NCBI RefSeq assembly: GCF_964204865.1
Contig: NC_135257.1
Location: 14,818,001 to 14,882,000 of the forward strand
Direction: 5' to 3'
Origin: Styela clava
Lineage: Eukaryota
Length of the DNA: 64,000 bases
The position numbers and the translations under genes were made by a program. This document shows, in pieces, positions 1 through 13,145 of the stretch. Numbering within the stretch: the stretch's first letter is position 1; every line of letters starts with the position of its first letter. Below the pieces are notes generated by a model. That model was given only the letters and a program-made list of their open reading frames with translations. It was not told the DNA's origin and ran no database searches.

Positions 1-99
1 ACATTATTCCTTCGCTATTTCGACTATAAATAGATTAGTGAAATAAAACAACAACACAAGGACAAAAAAATAACTACTTTTACAGAAACAAAACATAAA

Positions 100-240
100 A
101 CTGTCACGTGAATCCGTGAATCATGAGCGACGCGAAACAGCGAAATAACGTTACGGTAATTGTCGGGTGCCTTGTCTTCATCAAAGTGACTCCTGTAATA
201 TACCAGTAGTCACTTCGGTCTTCATATAAGTTACGGTATC
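100..240 (+). promoter_or_regulatory. Possible promoter of the MULE-derived gene (E-box GTCACGTG, CpG-rich)
   Basis: GTCACGTG at ~103-110 and CpG-dense 120-240 immediately upstream of ATG 292. Confidence 0.35.
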
Positions 241-291
241 TATTCAGCGGTATTTTTTTCGTTTGTTTGTAAAATGTAGAAAATCTGAATA

Positions 292-2296
292 ATGGACGAA
301 GTACAAAATTTCACGGCAACAGATGCATTGACGTTCATGGGAGAAGTTTCGAGTGGGTTGAAAACTTCCAGCGATGTTCCGATCGTTCTTGCAGGTGGTG
401 GAACATGCTATGCATTTTGCAGCTTGGAAAATCCACGAAAGAGAGGTAAGCACGTCTTTGTTTTTTGTTATCATGCTTATGTATGTGTTTTTCTAAGTAC
501 AATCAAATTTATGTTGTTGTTTTATCTTGATCGGTGATGAATGTGTTTTTCCCCCTTAACACCTCCCATTACTGCATTACCAGCACTCTCATTTATACTT
601 TATACGTCATAGTTATATTGGAATTCATGTACTTTGAGATTTTAAATGACATCACTGATAATTTCATCCACAGAGTCAGGTGCAAAGAACATGTGAAAAG
701 TTGAAAGCCAATTCTGGCTTTGATATCATTGAGATCCATTGAGCATGACAGTCCGAAAATATATTTAATCACAATAATTTTCTTATTTTGTTTACAGATG
801 ACTGGAAGGCAGATGGGTATCGTTGGCGACATACTGGCAAGGCCAAAATTAAAATTAATAACACTGTAATTCGCAAAACATACTTCAGTGTATTCTCAGC
901 TCCAAAAATTTACACCTCTAATTTTCGTCGAATATCTCACGAATGTGATGAATATCCCCACATTGTTATAGTCTATTACAAAGGAGATAGTTCAGTGGCT
1001 GGTAACTTTCCTCATGGCAACAGGAGATGTGGTTCAAAGCCGTTTATCAGAACATGTCCATCTGTTTTGTTGTCATGTAAATATGCAAAAGGCGCCCCTT
1101 CAACGATATATCACAGCATGATCAAATCCACGTCTAATGAGAATGACTGTGCTATCGGAACTCAATTATCTTTACCTAGAGATATTTTACAAGTTGCCAA
1201 TGTCAAAAAGTACATGAGAAAAAAACGCAGGCTTACTCTTAGTGCAATAAGAGAATTACAAAATGAAGATGTGGAAAAATTCATCATTGATATTTCATGT
1301 CAAGATGATAGTTTATGTGCGGTTGTGTATCAAGAAGAAAGGTGTCATAAAATTAATTCACTTTTGTCCAGACTTCCACTGCCGGATGGGACAACATTGA
1401 CATACTGTTTGTGTTCTCATTTTAAAGACTATAATATAAATGTTCTTTTGTGTGAACACCAGGATTCAATTATAATTCATCTTTTGTTTTTCATACATCA
1501 TTCAAAATCTACAATTAATTTGGAATCGATATGGGAAATAGCAAATAAGAAAATCCCAAAATTGTCATTACAAAATATTATATTGGAAAAGAATGATGAG
1601 CACTTGTGGATGACTACACAGAAGACATATTTTGACTTTTCTCCTTTTATATCTGTCATAGAAAAATTAAAAATGTGGGATGATAATCCATGTGATGCAA
1701 TTGATGACCTGCAATGTACTGCAAAGCATCTTCACAATCTTTCATTATATTATCGTTCTTCAGCAAAAAATTTACATTCAAAAATGAACAAGCATGGGAA
1801 ATATCGAATCAATGATAAGTTTACTGGATTATTAGACTTGATGCAAGATGATGTTCTTCTTTGTTGTACTCCAACCTTTGAAGAAGCTACGGCATACGTT
1901 CAAAAAGCTTTTTCGACAAATCGTAACGCAGATAAACTGAACTACAATCCACTTGAGCTCGCCCGAAATATCATTGACAGAAATGGAATAGAATTTAAAT
2001 CCACTACTGGTATATTTTTAATTACTGACGAAATTTCAGTATGGACCGTAAAATTATTTCCAGTGGAGACATGTCACTGTAATTTTCCACCTCCATGTCA
2101 TCATATCATTGCTGCTAAATATTCCATTGGAATTCCTTTTCCTAAACCAACTTTGATGAAACAAAGTCAGTTTAAACGCAAAAAGTTATCTCATGATTTT
2201 CAACCTAATGGAAAAATAATTGTTGAAATATTTGAATCAGAAAATGATGACACAGGGAAAGATGATGAAAGTGTTTTAATTGAAAAGGCCCCATGA
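292..2296 (+). CDS. Two-exon gene (292-445, 798-2296), ~550 aa: CG-1-like DNA-binding domain + degenerate Mutator/MULE-type core + C-terminal SWIM zinc finger (probable domesticated transposase)
   Basis: Donor AG|GTAAG at 445/446 and acceptor tttacag| at 797/798 join in phase (G+AT=Asp) to give ...NPRKRDDWKADGYRWRH... Motifs: KADGYRW and FRR...PHIVIVYY resemble the CAMTA CG-1 domain (RKDGYCW, FHRR..PDIVLVHY); PHGN follows; HLLFFIHHSK is MULE-like; ETCHCNFPPPCHHIIAA is a SWIM CxCxnCxH; basic FKRKK and an acidic tail end the protein; AATAAA at ~2355. Confidence 0.75.
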
Positions 2297-3764
2297 TATT
2301 AGAGTTGATAATTGTTACAAGTACAAATGTCCGAACAAGTCTAAGTTTGAATGAAATAAAAATGAACTACCATATTTTACCGACTATAAGGCACACTTCA
2401 AATAATTTTTTCTTCTCAAAATAACCATGAAAAAATTGTTGTTTTCTTGTTCAATGAGCTTTGCACAATCTAAGCAATTTATTGTCTGGTTTTTGAAAGT
2501 TTTTTCAAGCTTCATCTGATCAGAATCGCTTTTTCCTGTAAAATTTTCAATCTAATCTACTGATGTTTTTCTTCTAAATCAACTCATTCAAGCCTTTTTC
2601 AATTCTCTACTTTTCATCATTTTCCACCTTATTACATTAAATACTGATGTTGGTTATAGAGTATTTTGGAATACTGATGCAGACATATCTCATGTACTAT
2701 ATTGTTTCAATTAAAATTCTCTATTAACAAGCTTTTATACAATAATTAAATACAGAATGAATCGTCCTAATGTCTGCTTTTACATTGGGAAGTCAGATTC
2801 AGTCCTTCCATCAAACTGAGACTTTTTTAGATTTAGTACCATCTTTTCATGCACTATTACTGCTAGATCAGAGAATATATGGGTATCGGGCAGTTGAACT
2901 GAATTATCTGGCAGGATTGCTGCGATTACACGATGTCTTGGGTACATATTGATGGCCATTTCACATTAACCATTGGTTTAAGTAACATGTGGTTTATATT
3001 TAATTAATGGTGGTGTAGTTTGAAGGCGATATGGCTGACAGAGAATGCAGCTCTTTGTGAACTGGAGAGAAAAAGCGCTTCAAGATTGTTGGTGAGGATG
3101 CCCATGGTAAGATGAAATTTATTAAAAATCCAAACCACTTAGCATTTGTAACATTCATTCCATGCAGAAATGACCCCTTGCAATAAAAATAGTGACCATT
3201 TGATATTCTTATTGAATGTATATGGGAAGGCTGCCGATGCATACACTCGGTTATGTGGTCACCACTAAAAATTAATTTCCATTCATACCAAGCCAGATTT
3301 CCTTCTTTCAAAACTTCCCATTTGCAAGAACAAACTCTTCGCGAAATTGGCAGTGTTTTATTATATACAGTAGGCAGTGAAGACTGAAGGAAAAATCTAC
3401 CATAGGAACAGTAATGAAACAAAAGCTTATTTACAAAGAAATTGAGTAGAACTGATAAATTCGTACTTTCAAATTTCAGTTCTAATAAATCATCAAATTC
3501 AGTATGGATATGGCCAACTAGAGGATTATGTTTTTGTTGGCAATCAAATACGTTTTAAACAAGAAATTACCTATATAACCTGATTTCCGCTACTACAACG
3601 ATGCATACCAAAATAATTCAAATAAATGCAATGATTTCCATAACTAACTATACAAATATGAACGAAACCATTTATACACTGCCAAACAAGGCAAATTTGC
3701 AGAAACCCTAGCCAATGTATCATTTGGTAGTAAAGGGAAATTTTTTTTTGTGCACGATGATTTA

Positions 3765-6700
3765 TTACTGTGAGCTTAATTTCTCAATGTCTGCAATTAA
3801 CTTTCTTGAAAAATCCTCATGTGCAATAGGTGAGATTTCAACAACTGTTGATCTCAGCCGCTCTTCATCCTGAAACAACAAGTCATATTACAGAGAAGCT
3901 CTTTTCACCAATAAACAATTCACAAGCAGGAGAGGCCAAAATCAGGCTATTTCTAATACATTTTGATTTTTGATGATATATTATTTTAGAATATCAATTA
4001 AGAGATTCAAACGTCTTGATGCACACTAACTCAAAAAATTTGGAGTGTGACCTTGGTCGGGTGGCACCCTAAAGAAATACAATTGTGTTTTAAATCACTC
4101 GGAATAGTTGTCTTCACCCTTGCTACAGCATCCTTATATTATATGCATATTGACCCACTGGAGTAACAGCATAGAATGGTGTTTCCCAACTATTTATGGC
4201 TTGTGGCCCCCTTCCCAAAGGCTTTTAGCACTCGTGGCCCCCTTTTCATCATTTCCGTGGTATTTATAGTGTTATTTTGATTGGTATATTCCAAATCCCT
4301 CTATGTTCAAACAATTCACGCTCAACAAAGTGATGTTACTCTGTGAAATAACCATATCAAGCAATAAAACTAGGATCCTACATTGTATCTCTCCATTTTC
4401 ACACGAATTTTGAAGAAGTAAGAAGTGAAGTTTGGCTTTTTTAGAAGTTCTTCAAATTGTGCTTCATTTTCTTCCATCAAAGCTCCGATTTCATCAGCTT
4501 TTGAACCAAGTATAATTTCTCCTTGTTCTTGGAAGCATGTCACCCAAATATTGTCAGTCTCATCTGATATATTCATCTGAAGCCAATATACAACAGTTTA
4601 TTTTTTAAATTTTATTAAGGGAATTTGCTCAAAGCAAGGTCACACGTACTCACTCAGATAGATACAAAGAAGAATGATCTCACACTGACTAAATGCAGAG
4701 GAACTACAGCCCATTATAATAATATTTGTAAAATAGGGCACAATGACGCAATATTTAGCCAATCGGGAATAGTTTGCAGTCTGGACACTGATTAGAAACC
4801 AATCACATTTGATATATTTTTTTGAATTCTGTCCGTTTTGTGAAAAGGTTTTACTTTAAATGTAGAGCTCATTCTATGTTTATGAAGAAACTGTAAATGA
4901 ATAAAACTGAATGAAGAAACTATAAAAAGGAAATCTGGCTTGGTAGATGCACTTGGGATGAATGGAAATCCATTTTTAATGGTGACCAATAAGGGGTCAT
5001 TTCCACACTGCATGGAATGTTACAAAATGAAAATTGCAGAAGATATTTTCCTATGCATAATGGTATTGCTAATGTACTATGGAAGTGTTTGCTATCAGTC
5101 TGTTGGTGCTTTAATCAAAACTGCGACAGTGAAATCCAATTTGCATTGTTGCATGGGTTTTATTTCCATAACTGTAAACCATATTTCTTTTGAATAATTT
5201 TTTACGTCAGCATTGTGATTTACGGGTTTTAAAAGCATGCCAATGATGAAATTGGATATAACAAATAATAAGATTTTCATACATTGAGAATCATTCTGTA
5301 TTTGAAGTCAGGAGACTCCTTGTTGCATTTCTCACATCTGAAAGAACCGTTCTGCAAATCGATCACTTTCTTATTACATCGTTCAGTTGCACATGCCTGA
5401 AAATTAAAAAAAGATAATTATCATCCTTTTAGTGAGGAAGTTCCCAACTTATCAACAAAATTACTATGCTCAAACATTGCTACTGAAACCTTGTTTTACA
5501 CAATTCCCTTCCACATTGACCGAAATTATCTAAAATTAGTTATCTACTGATATTTCTGTCACAAAGATAAATCTAAATATAGCAGTTAGTAAGTCAGAGA
5601 ACATAATGAGATTTGGAATCCACGATTCAAAATAACACTATAAATACCACTGGAATGATGACTATGTACTCAGGAACATACATATTTTTATGAAATTGTG
5701 TAACACTTAAACATGACGGTAATTTACAATACTGAATGCAAATTACCTTATATAAAACATTCTCCTTTTTGCAATAAGTGACAATACATTTACATGTCAC
5801 ATAGTCAGGTTTGTCACCCATGCCCATGTTTTCTTCTTTTATATCTTCCAGAGTTTTCCAGTTTGTAGCTGTAAAGCATTTCAAAGTGATAATTAGTTGT
5901 CAAAACATGAAAGAAATAAAGCTATAGCGTAGCCATTGATTAGAAGCTATAGTATATAAACTATAGCAGAAGATTATCAATAATGAAAAATGTGTTACAT
6001 ACTGTATGCGCCTCCACCACCAGTTGTAGTTACTGATGTTGTTTCTTGGTTGCAACCTCCAGATTCAAACCTAGAAAAATTACAAGTGAAACAATATGTT
6101 ATAAATGTTATGAAAGGGTATTATGTAGCAAAAATTTGAATTAATTGGGAAAAAACAATCAACTGGTCTTACATATTACTATTATTAAATAAAATAGTAA
6201 TAGCAAATGACCAATGGAAATTTGACATGGCTTGGTTATTACTTTACAACATATATCAAGAAATTCGTCGCAACGATTGTCTATCCATCAATACTGGCCC
6301 GATGACCTACCTAGTAGTATGAGAATTAGCGACGTAGGTTACAGATCTCTCTTTAAACCCATGCCCAACCAGGCGTAATCAAGTCGATAGGTTTTTTTTT
6401 TAGGCAGTAAAATGTGATTGATGTATGTGAGATTTTCAGGAATTTTGAGCAACATTGGTTTTGGGCATACAAACAATATGTCAAATTCTTCTTTTTTTCA
6501 ATCCAATTCATTGTTGCCATATTTCATCAAATATGAAAAAAAAGTGTCATATTTATCCATCCTGAAAAAACTCAAGTCACTCAGAATTCAGAAATAAATT
6601 TCACCATTGTTTTAATTCAAATGCTTCTGGAATGTCAGGATTCTTCATCATTGTTGTTGAACTAATGGTAGATATCGAACATCCACCAAAATCAGACACT

Positions 6701-9700
6701 CTCACACCTTTACATGCAACAACTGGAGATCCTTCAGTATCAAATTTCTCTGCCTAGAAACCAAAAGCTAAGTTTGCTTTTTTTATGTACACAACACGTC
6801 TTAAAAACTCCATAATATTCATAGCAATACAGGCTCAACTGGTAGGTAACAAATAATATAGTTCAGCCAATGTTTTGAATGTCTTAACAGACAAACTTCG
6901 TCAGATAATGCCCTATTCTCTCCCCTGAAAAAATTTGTCTGTATAGACCAATGTACAATTCTTCCCAAAGAGTACAATTTATTTTGGTACGATGAGAAAT
7001 TTATTAATCATATTTTACATTGATTAGCTTATATATATACTCTCATCATAACCCTGGAGAAAAGCAGAGTACGGCGCGACAGTAATTCTGTAATATGTTT
7101 TTATATCGCCCCCTTTGAGAACCACTTGGCTAGACTAAATGTTTACTTTTTACCAGTTTCATTACTACATGCTCATACGCAACCATCGCCCTCAACAATA
7201 TAGTTGAACTTAACAATATAGAACAAAAACCAATTTTATGATTTTGTATATGTTTTTAAGCTTCAAAATCTCAATACTACAAATCTTGATTTGGATAGAT
7301 TCAACTTCAATAAAAAATAATTCCGTTATTTAGACCTCATCTCCCCATAACGTCATTTGAACTTCAGCTCCAGATTTGTCAACAAGATGGAGGTTTCTTC
7401 TTTTCGTTTCTCTGTTTTGGCTCTTTATCATGATTGATACTGGTTCGTCAGCGAATTTCACAACACCGATCACATCTGAATAGAAATAATAATGTCGACT
7501 AATTTGTTAAACAAGAACTATATGATCATTTCCATGGAAGCTTTTGTTGGATCATAGTCTATTTTTATCAGACATATAACTACAACGAAGATAATCATAA
7601 TAATTGTCATTTTCTATGATTTGGTCTGTCTCCGAATACCCAACTAGGCTAGAAAAATTGATGTGGGTGGATTTGTAGATGATTTGTAGCATCTCCGTGG
7701 CAATGGACGTACACGGATCCATAGGGAAACTACTACAAAGTCTGGGAATGTGAAAAAAACCAAGGCAGCAGCTAAGGCCAATAAAAAACAGGAGCAAAGA
7801 AGTGACTGAAAGCATATAACGCCCCTTAACAGCCTAAACCTAAGAAATACGGATACAGAGGTAGACAAAGAGAAAGGTTCAATACACCAGTACTCCTGTA
7901 TTTCAAACATTATTATAATTTTATTAAGCATAATAAGTTAATAACCTCAAACTTTATTTATTAATTGAACTGTCCTACCAGTTTACAGTGCCATTGCCAC
8001 GATATTGTGTCACATAAAGATTCAAACCTACAAACTTACGCAGGGCAAGCAGTTAACAACTCATACCAGTGCTTCTTAACCTTTTTCATATAGTGGCCCA
8101 CTTTCACTTCGCGGCCCACCCCTAATTAGTTTTTTTATCAGAGGCTAAAATAACTCGAGACAGGGTTGTCCAAAACGAATCAAAAATTAGATTATATTCA
8201 AATATCAATGTAAGTTCGAAATTTTCGAATATATATTTTCGGTGAATTTTCGAATAATTCCGAATAGTAGTCACTTTTCGTCGGGTGTTTCGTATTCGAG
8301 AGAACTGTTCAAACTATTTTCTGCATTTTTTTCATGTATCCTAATGCGGTAAAATAGAATAGTTTCAAAACATTACTATTGTTGAATACCATCATCGTAT
8401 AAATGACAAGGATGGCCACAGACGCAAATAATAGTTACGTTTGAACGCCTGGATTGATGGAATCGACTGATATCCTCATCAAAAAGTCGAAATATTTCCA
8501 ATTTCAAAACAAAATATATAGAAAAATGCAAATAATTTGGCAACGATTTTGCCACCCACCATGAGATGCTTGATGGCCCACCAGTGGCCCGGGGACCATC
8601 GATTGAGAAGCGCTGACTTATACATCGCACTTCAACAAGGCCCCGAACCACTGATATCTTACAATATGTAAGGAGCCACCATCATTCGAAAAATCTGAAC
8701 TTTTCAACAACGAGCCTATTCGAATTGCACTTACCAACAATCTGTGAAATATGATTGGATAATTTTGAGACAGGAACAAAATTATAAATGACTTTGGGCA
8801 AGTCTCCAACTTCAGAATCTTCACAAGGGTTGATGATTGTTTCACGTCTTAACGTCATCTCATAATCATGTGTAGTGTTGTTATATTGTTTATTTGCTGG
8901 TTTCAAAGTTGCGTTCGAAATATAGTAAGCCTAAGATTGAAAAATAAATTAATACAATTTAAAAATATTAATCCAATGAGTCTCAACTGGTCTCAAGGAT
9001 CTCAAGGATCCTAGCTTAGATGGTGAAAAAGCTTTAAATTATCTGTCTGAACAGCATACCGTAACCTACAGTGATACCCCGGTAGTCGAACATAATTTGG
9101 GTGTTCGAGCACCTAATTCCCATTCGAGAACCACAGCATTTTCGACTAGAATTTTTGGGTCGATTACTGAATTGTTAGAGTATCGAGTCGTATGACTACC
9201 AAGGTATCACTGTAGTTTTATGAAATTTTGATGTTAATGTAAAACAAAATCACAACCATCAACCTTGCCAGTTTCCAGCATATCATAAAATTTATCAACT
9301 TCTTCCTTGAAACAAGTGACTCGAATATCACCAGATTCATCCAGAACAGTGAAACTGAATAGTTTTCCTTCTCCTTTGGCATTTTTCCATTCTCGAACAG
9401 ATCCTTTTTGGGTTACTCGAGCTTTTATCGTCCATCTAATTGTTAGACAGAAAATTGGGAATATATACAGGGCCTACTAATGAATCAAATATTTGAAATT
9501 TTTTAAAGAAAACCGTACATTGTTGATTCTATTAGAAATAAATCAAAAAATAGTTTTACTAAAAAAAAATTTTGTTTGAGGCACAATTCTCGCTGATACA
9601 ACAGATACCGTCACGAGATACCGTTTCTCTAATTATGGTATATATATTAACCAGATATCCAATAATAATCTAAAACATTTTGGAGACCGACAATATAGTT

Positions 9701-11947
9701 TGCTCTGAAATGAATGACCAAATCTGAATAGTCTGTTATTCATTGGGGAGATTACTAAGATTCAAAATGTTAATTACAAATCAAAAATATTGAGTCTCAT
9801 TTATTGATCATATTTTATGAGCAGTAATGGCCCATGAAACAACTTACTGAAGATGATATTTTCAAATATGCAACATCGATTACATTCTAATTTAGGTAGG
9901 CCATGTGGTTTGAATGTTGCTGAAAAATTATTACTTGTTCTGATAAGGAGTAAGGCTAGCAATCGGCATCACTCTCATCGGTGTTCCTCCTGGGGTGTTT
10001 GGAGTGGTCCCCTTTGCAAATGGCATTTTTCCAGTTGGTTTGGGACTGTCATAAGCAGAAGTAGAGTTTCCATTTGTTTTGTTGGCTGTTCCATTGAAGG
10101 ATGGTTTTGGCCTCGAACTACCTTTCACTGAATATAAATGTCAGGATGACGATTTATTCATTTACATATTTATTTATGAAAAATTCATTTTTTCATCTAC
10201 CATAAAATTACAAAACAGCCAAATTTGGAGTTTAAAAATATTCACCATGGCTGTGTCACAGCCAATACTAATTTCAAATCTAGGTGCTCCCAAAGTATGC
10301 GAACCAAGATGGCGGACATCGGAACGTAACATGGGTAACAGGTTAGGATTAGGCGATAATTTTTTTCCAATTTTCCTTATTTTAGTCCTATTATCAGTTC
10401 AAAGACTAGCCAAGAGCCTCCCGTAGTATTCATACCAAAAATTATGGCCTAACCTAGTACACATGTTACATTCCGATGTCCGCCATCTTGGTTCGCATAC
10501 TTCGGGAGCCCCCAAATCTATTCTCTTTAACACTTGGAACTTTAGTCCGTGTATGATTATACCCAAAAAGTTTCAGGAATCCAGGGCGTTTCGCACAAAA
10601 GTAATATCCTGTCTAGAATATGTTTCAAATGACCTGGGTCTTGTTTTTTTTTCTAGTTTTTTGAGTGAATATTCAAAAATCATTCATGAAGTATTTATTT
10701 ATCCAATTATATAATTACAAAAGTATGATAATATTTGACTCATGTTAGACATCTATGCCAAACCTATATAACATAACTTCATCGACATAGCATTTCCTGA
10801 AATATTCATAAAATATAAAAACAAACCAAAGTTAGTAGATGATACTGGATCTCCGATTCTTTGCCCAACTTCATCACCTGTTTTGAGTATTTCAATCTCA
10901 AGACAAACAAGGATATGCCTGGTAAAAAAAGCAGTTTTAATGATCTGAATAAAAAAAATGATGGCGTGTGGCGTTCTCCAGTCGGGAAGATTTCCTTCCT
11001 GCAGAAGATTTTATTGTAAAATATGAAAGTTCGGGAATCACTGGACCAGTGTTTGAGGGTTGGATCTATGGAACAAAGGGAACGTACAGTATCGAAAATA
11101 TTCATTAGAAAAGATAAAAGTAAAAAGATAAAACTACCTTGATTGCTGTAGTACTGAGACTTGATATTTTGTTAATTTGATAATTGCATATTTATCGATT
11201 TTCTTCTCTTTCACAAGATGATTTAGCTGAGTGGCAAGCATGGTGGCTGAATGAAAAAATAAGTATGTGTAAATTGTGGGGTTAGCTATGCTAGTGTCAA
11301 TTTTATGTCAAGAATGAAGCTAGTCGCAAAGTGGGTATGACAACATATGAGAATTCATAAAAAGGCATTATTTAAATAGGAAATCTCACTGGCTAAAGAA
11401 TATTCTCCATCTGATACATTGAGACGAACTCTTTCGGTCGCACTGCTTTCAATAATTTTTGTTCCCAGCACTTGAAAAACTGGATTTTCTGGTTGCTCAT
11501 CACTCAGAATTGCCTGGAATGTATATACAAATGTAAATTTTTTGACTAATCACGAATCAGCTAATGCTGTAATTTTCCTCACTTCAACATACAATTCCAA
11601 ATTGATATAGCTAAAGATTTAGCCAAGTTTATTCTCCCAAACTTAGTATTTTTTGAGTTCTTCCCATTTTTAAATGATCAATTAGCATCAAAACCATTGA
11701 TACACACATTTTTGAAATTTGACAAACTGACAAAACCTATTTCTGTATTTATAATAGTATACAAACACCCTAATAATCTGAGATAAAAAAAATTATTAAA
11801 AATTCAGTTTAATTAGAGAATGACTTTAACTGTATTTGTAAACCATTAGACAATACTCTCAGAAGACTGAACAGAACATACCGGTACCGTAGGAGATTGA
11901 AAAAAAATACTTACAGCAACAACCCCTGGCTTTACAAGATCTGCCAT
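3765..11947 (-). CDS. RPA1: Replication protein A 70 kDa subunit (14 coding exons)
   Basis: Exons (- strand): 11915-11947, 11390-11513, 11138-11246, 10827-10918, 9935-10127, 9264-9435, 8735-8930, 7336-7475, 6605-6753, 6003-6070, 5747-5868, 5283-5396, 4382-4576, 3765-3869, with GT-AG junctions. Peptides: [71 protein letters not shown], the zinc ribbon [11 protein letters not shown]...CEKC and [16 protein letters not shown]. Confidence 0.97.
8067..8615. mobile_element. Non-autonomous hAT (Charlie-like) MITE in an RPA1 intron, with an internal CAGGG(A/T)TGTCC-family insert from 8161
   Basis: CAGTGCTTCTTAACC...GATTGAGAAGCGCTG termini; near-perfect 8-bp TSD actcatac/acttatac. Confidence 0.75.
9069..9212. 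mobile_element. Tc1/mariner-pogo (Tigger-like) MITE
   Basis: TA|CAGTGATACC...GGTATCACTG|TA: TIR with TA target duplication. Confidence 0.8.
10283..10512. mobile_element. GG-ended MITE, 8-bp TSD (Merlin-like family A)
   Basis: Long TIR GGTGCTCCC.AAGTATGCGAACCAAGATGGCGGACATCGGAA; perfect TSD caaatcta on both sides. Confidence 0.85.
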
Positions 11948-12283
11948 CGCTACAATACAGCAATATAACTTGATAACGGTATACAGGTATAACGGTTTGA
12001 AACTAACCTAGCACAAAGTTTGATTCCTGAAAGAAAGTTGAATAGTTAAGAGATACCGCAGTCTAGGGATGGCTAATTCCATACTGTAACCCTGCAACTT
12101 CTGAAATTCCCAAATTTGGGGATTGCATACGGTAATCTAGCAATCAGTTAACTGGAAAATATGCAACTGATTACAGGCATTAGCTTAGAAATTAAAATTT
12201 TTCTTGTAATAGTAAAGCATATTCCAAAGATCCAGCTGTTCCCAAACTTTTGGAAAGCAAGTTCAGAAGTAAAAAGCGAGTTC

Positions 12284-12350
12284 GGCGCGGCTGTGTGGCT
12301 CATCGTGCTGAGTGTTAGGAATACGCTCGCCGCAGTACGGTGGTTCACCT
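12284..12350 (+). mobile_element. 5' head fragment of the tRNA-derived SINE
   Basis: GGCGCGGCTGTGTGGCTCATCGTGCTGAGTGTTAGGAATACGCTCGCC matches the SINE head at 44250. Confidence 0.65.
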
Positions 12351-12489
12351 AACTTCACCCTGAGTAATTTTCTTTCTACAGCCGGTCCAACACGACTGCA
12401 TCTAAATGATAGAATGACAGCAAACAGCAGCCAACCTCAAGCTGTCAAGTAGATCTAATACCTGAATGCAGTAATATGATCAACATAAC

Positions 12490-13060
12490 CCCTTTCTGCC
12501 TTTCCCGCCTTTTGCGATATCTGTTGTTATGCTTTCTAGTTGGTAGAGGACAAATTCTACACTCGAATTATCGTTGTGGTATATTCGATTTTAGGATAAA
12601 ATAAATTTTTTCTTTATTAAACATTAATAATAATATTTAATTATTCTTATTTTGCAAATTTATTTTTTATGTCCGGTAAAATGTTGTCACCAAAGACGCT
12701 AGTGAGCAAAAATGGGACGTTTTGGTTCTCGGCGCGCGATTCCTTTTCTATCAAAGTGACTATATCATAGACACTTTGTATTCTATGTTCCACAGTTTTT
12801 GTCCAGCGGTACCAGAGTTCCTCCAGCCCACAATCAACCTCCGGTCAACGGGTTAAGCCACTATTATGATATAAGTTATACTCAAAGTATAATCGTCTGT
12901 AAAAACGAGATTTCGCGCCAAGGGTGCGAACCAGTTTTAATTCAATAATTTCATATGACCCGCACGATGATATTTTTTTCAATGACCTAATTGTCACATC
13001 TTTGATAGCCCGGAATCTATATAGACGAAACACAATGAAAACGTATCGAACGCGCCACTC
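12490..13060 (-). promoter_or_regulatory. Probable RPA1 promoter with E2F-type sites
   Basis: TTTCCCGC at 12501-12508, TTTCGCGC at 12911-12918, GGCGCGCG at ~12731 and ACGCGCC at ~13049, in a CpG-richer patch 0.5-1.1 kb upstream of the RPA1 ATG; RPA1 is a replication gene of the E2F-regulated class. Confidence 0.55.
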
Positions 13061-13145
13061 TCAGTCCCTTTATTCACAAAGAAGACACACGCTTAAATCA
13101 GCTTCTTCTTTATACACTTGGCAAAGAATAGCGGTTTTCTTAAAT

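Noticed and set aside
3000-3422. 140-aa ORF as a real gene
   Set aside because: Non-ATG start, no recognisable domain, and the related copy at ~4930 has different indels and stops.
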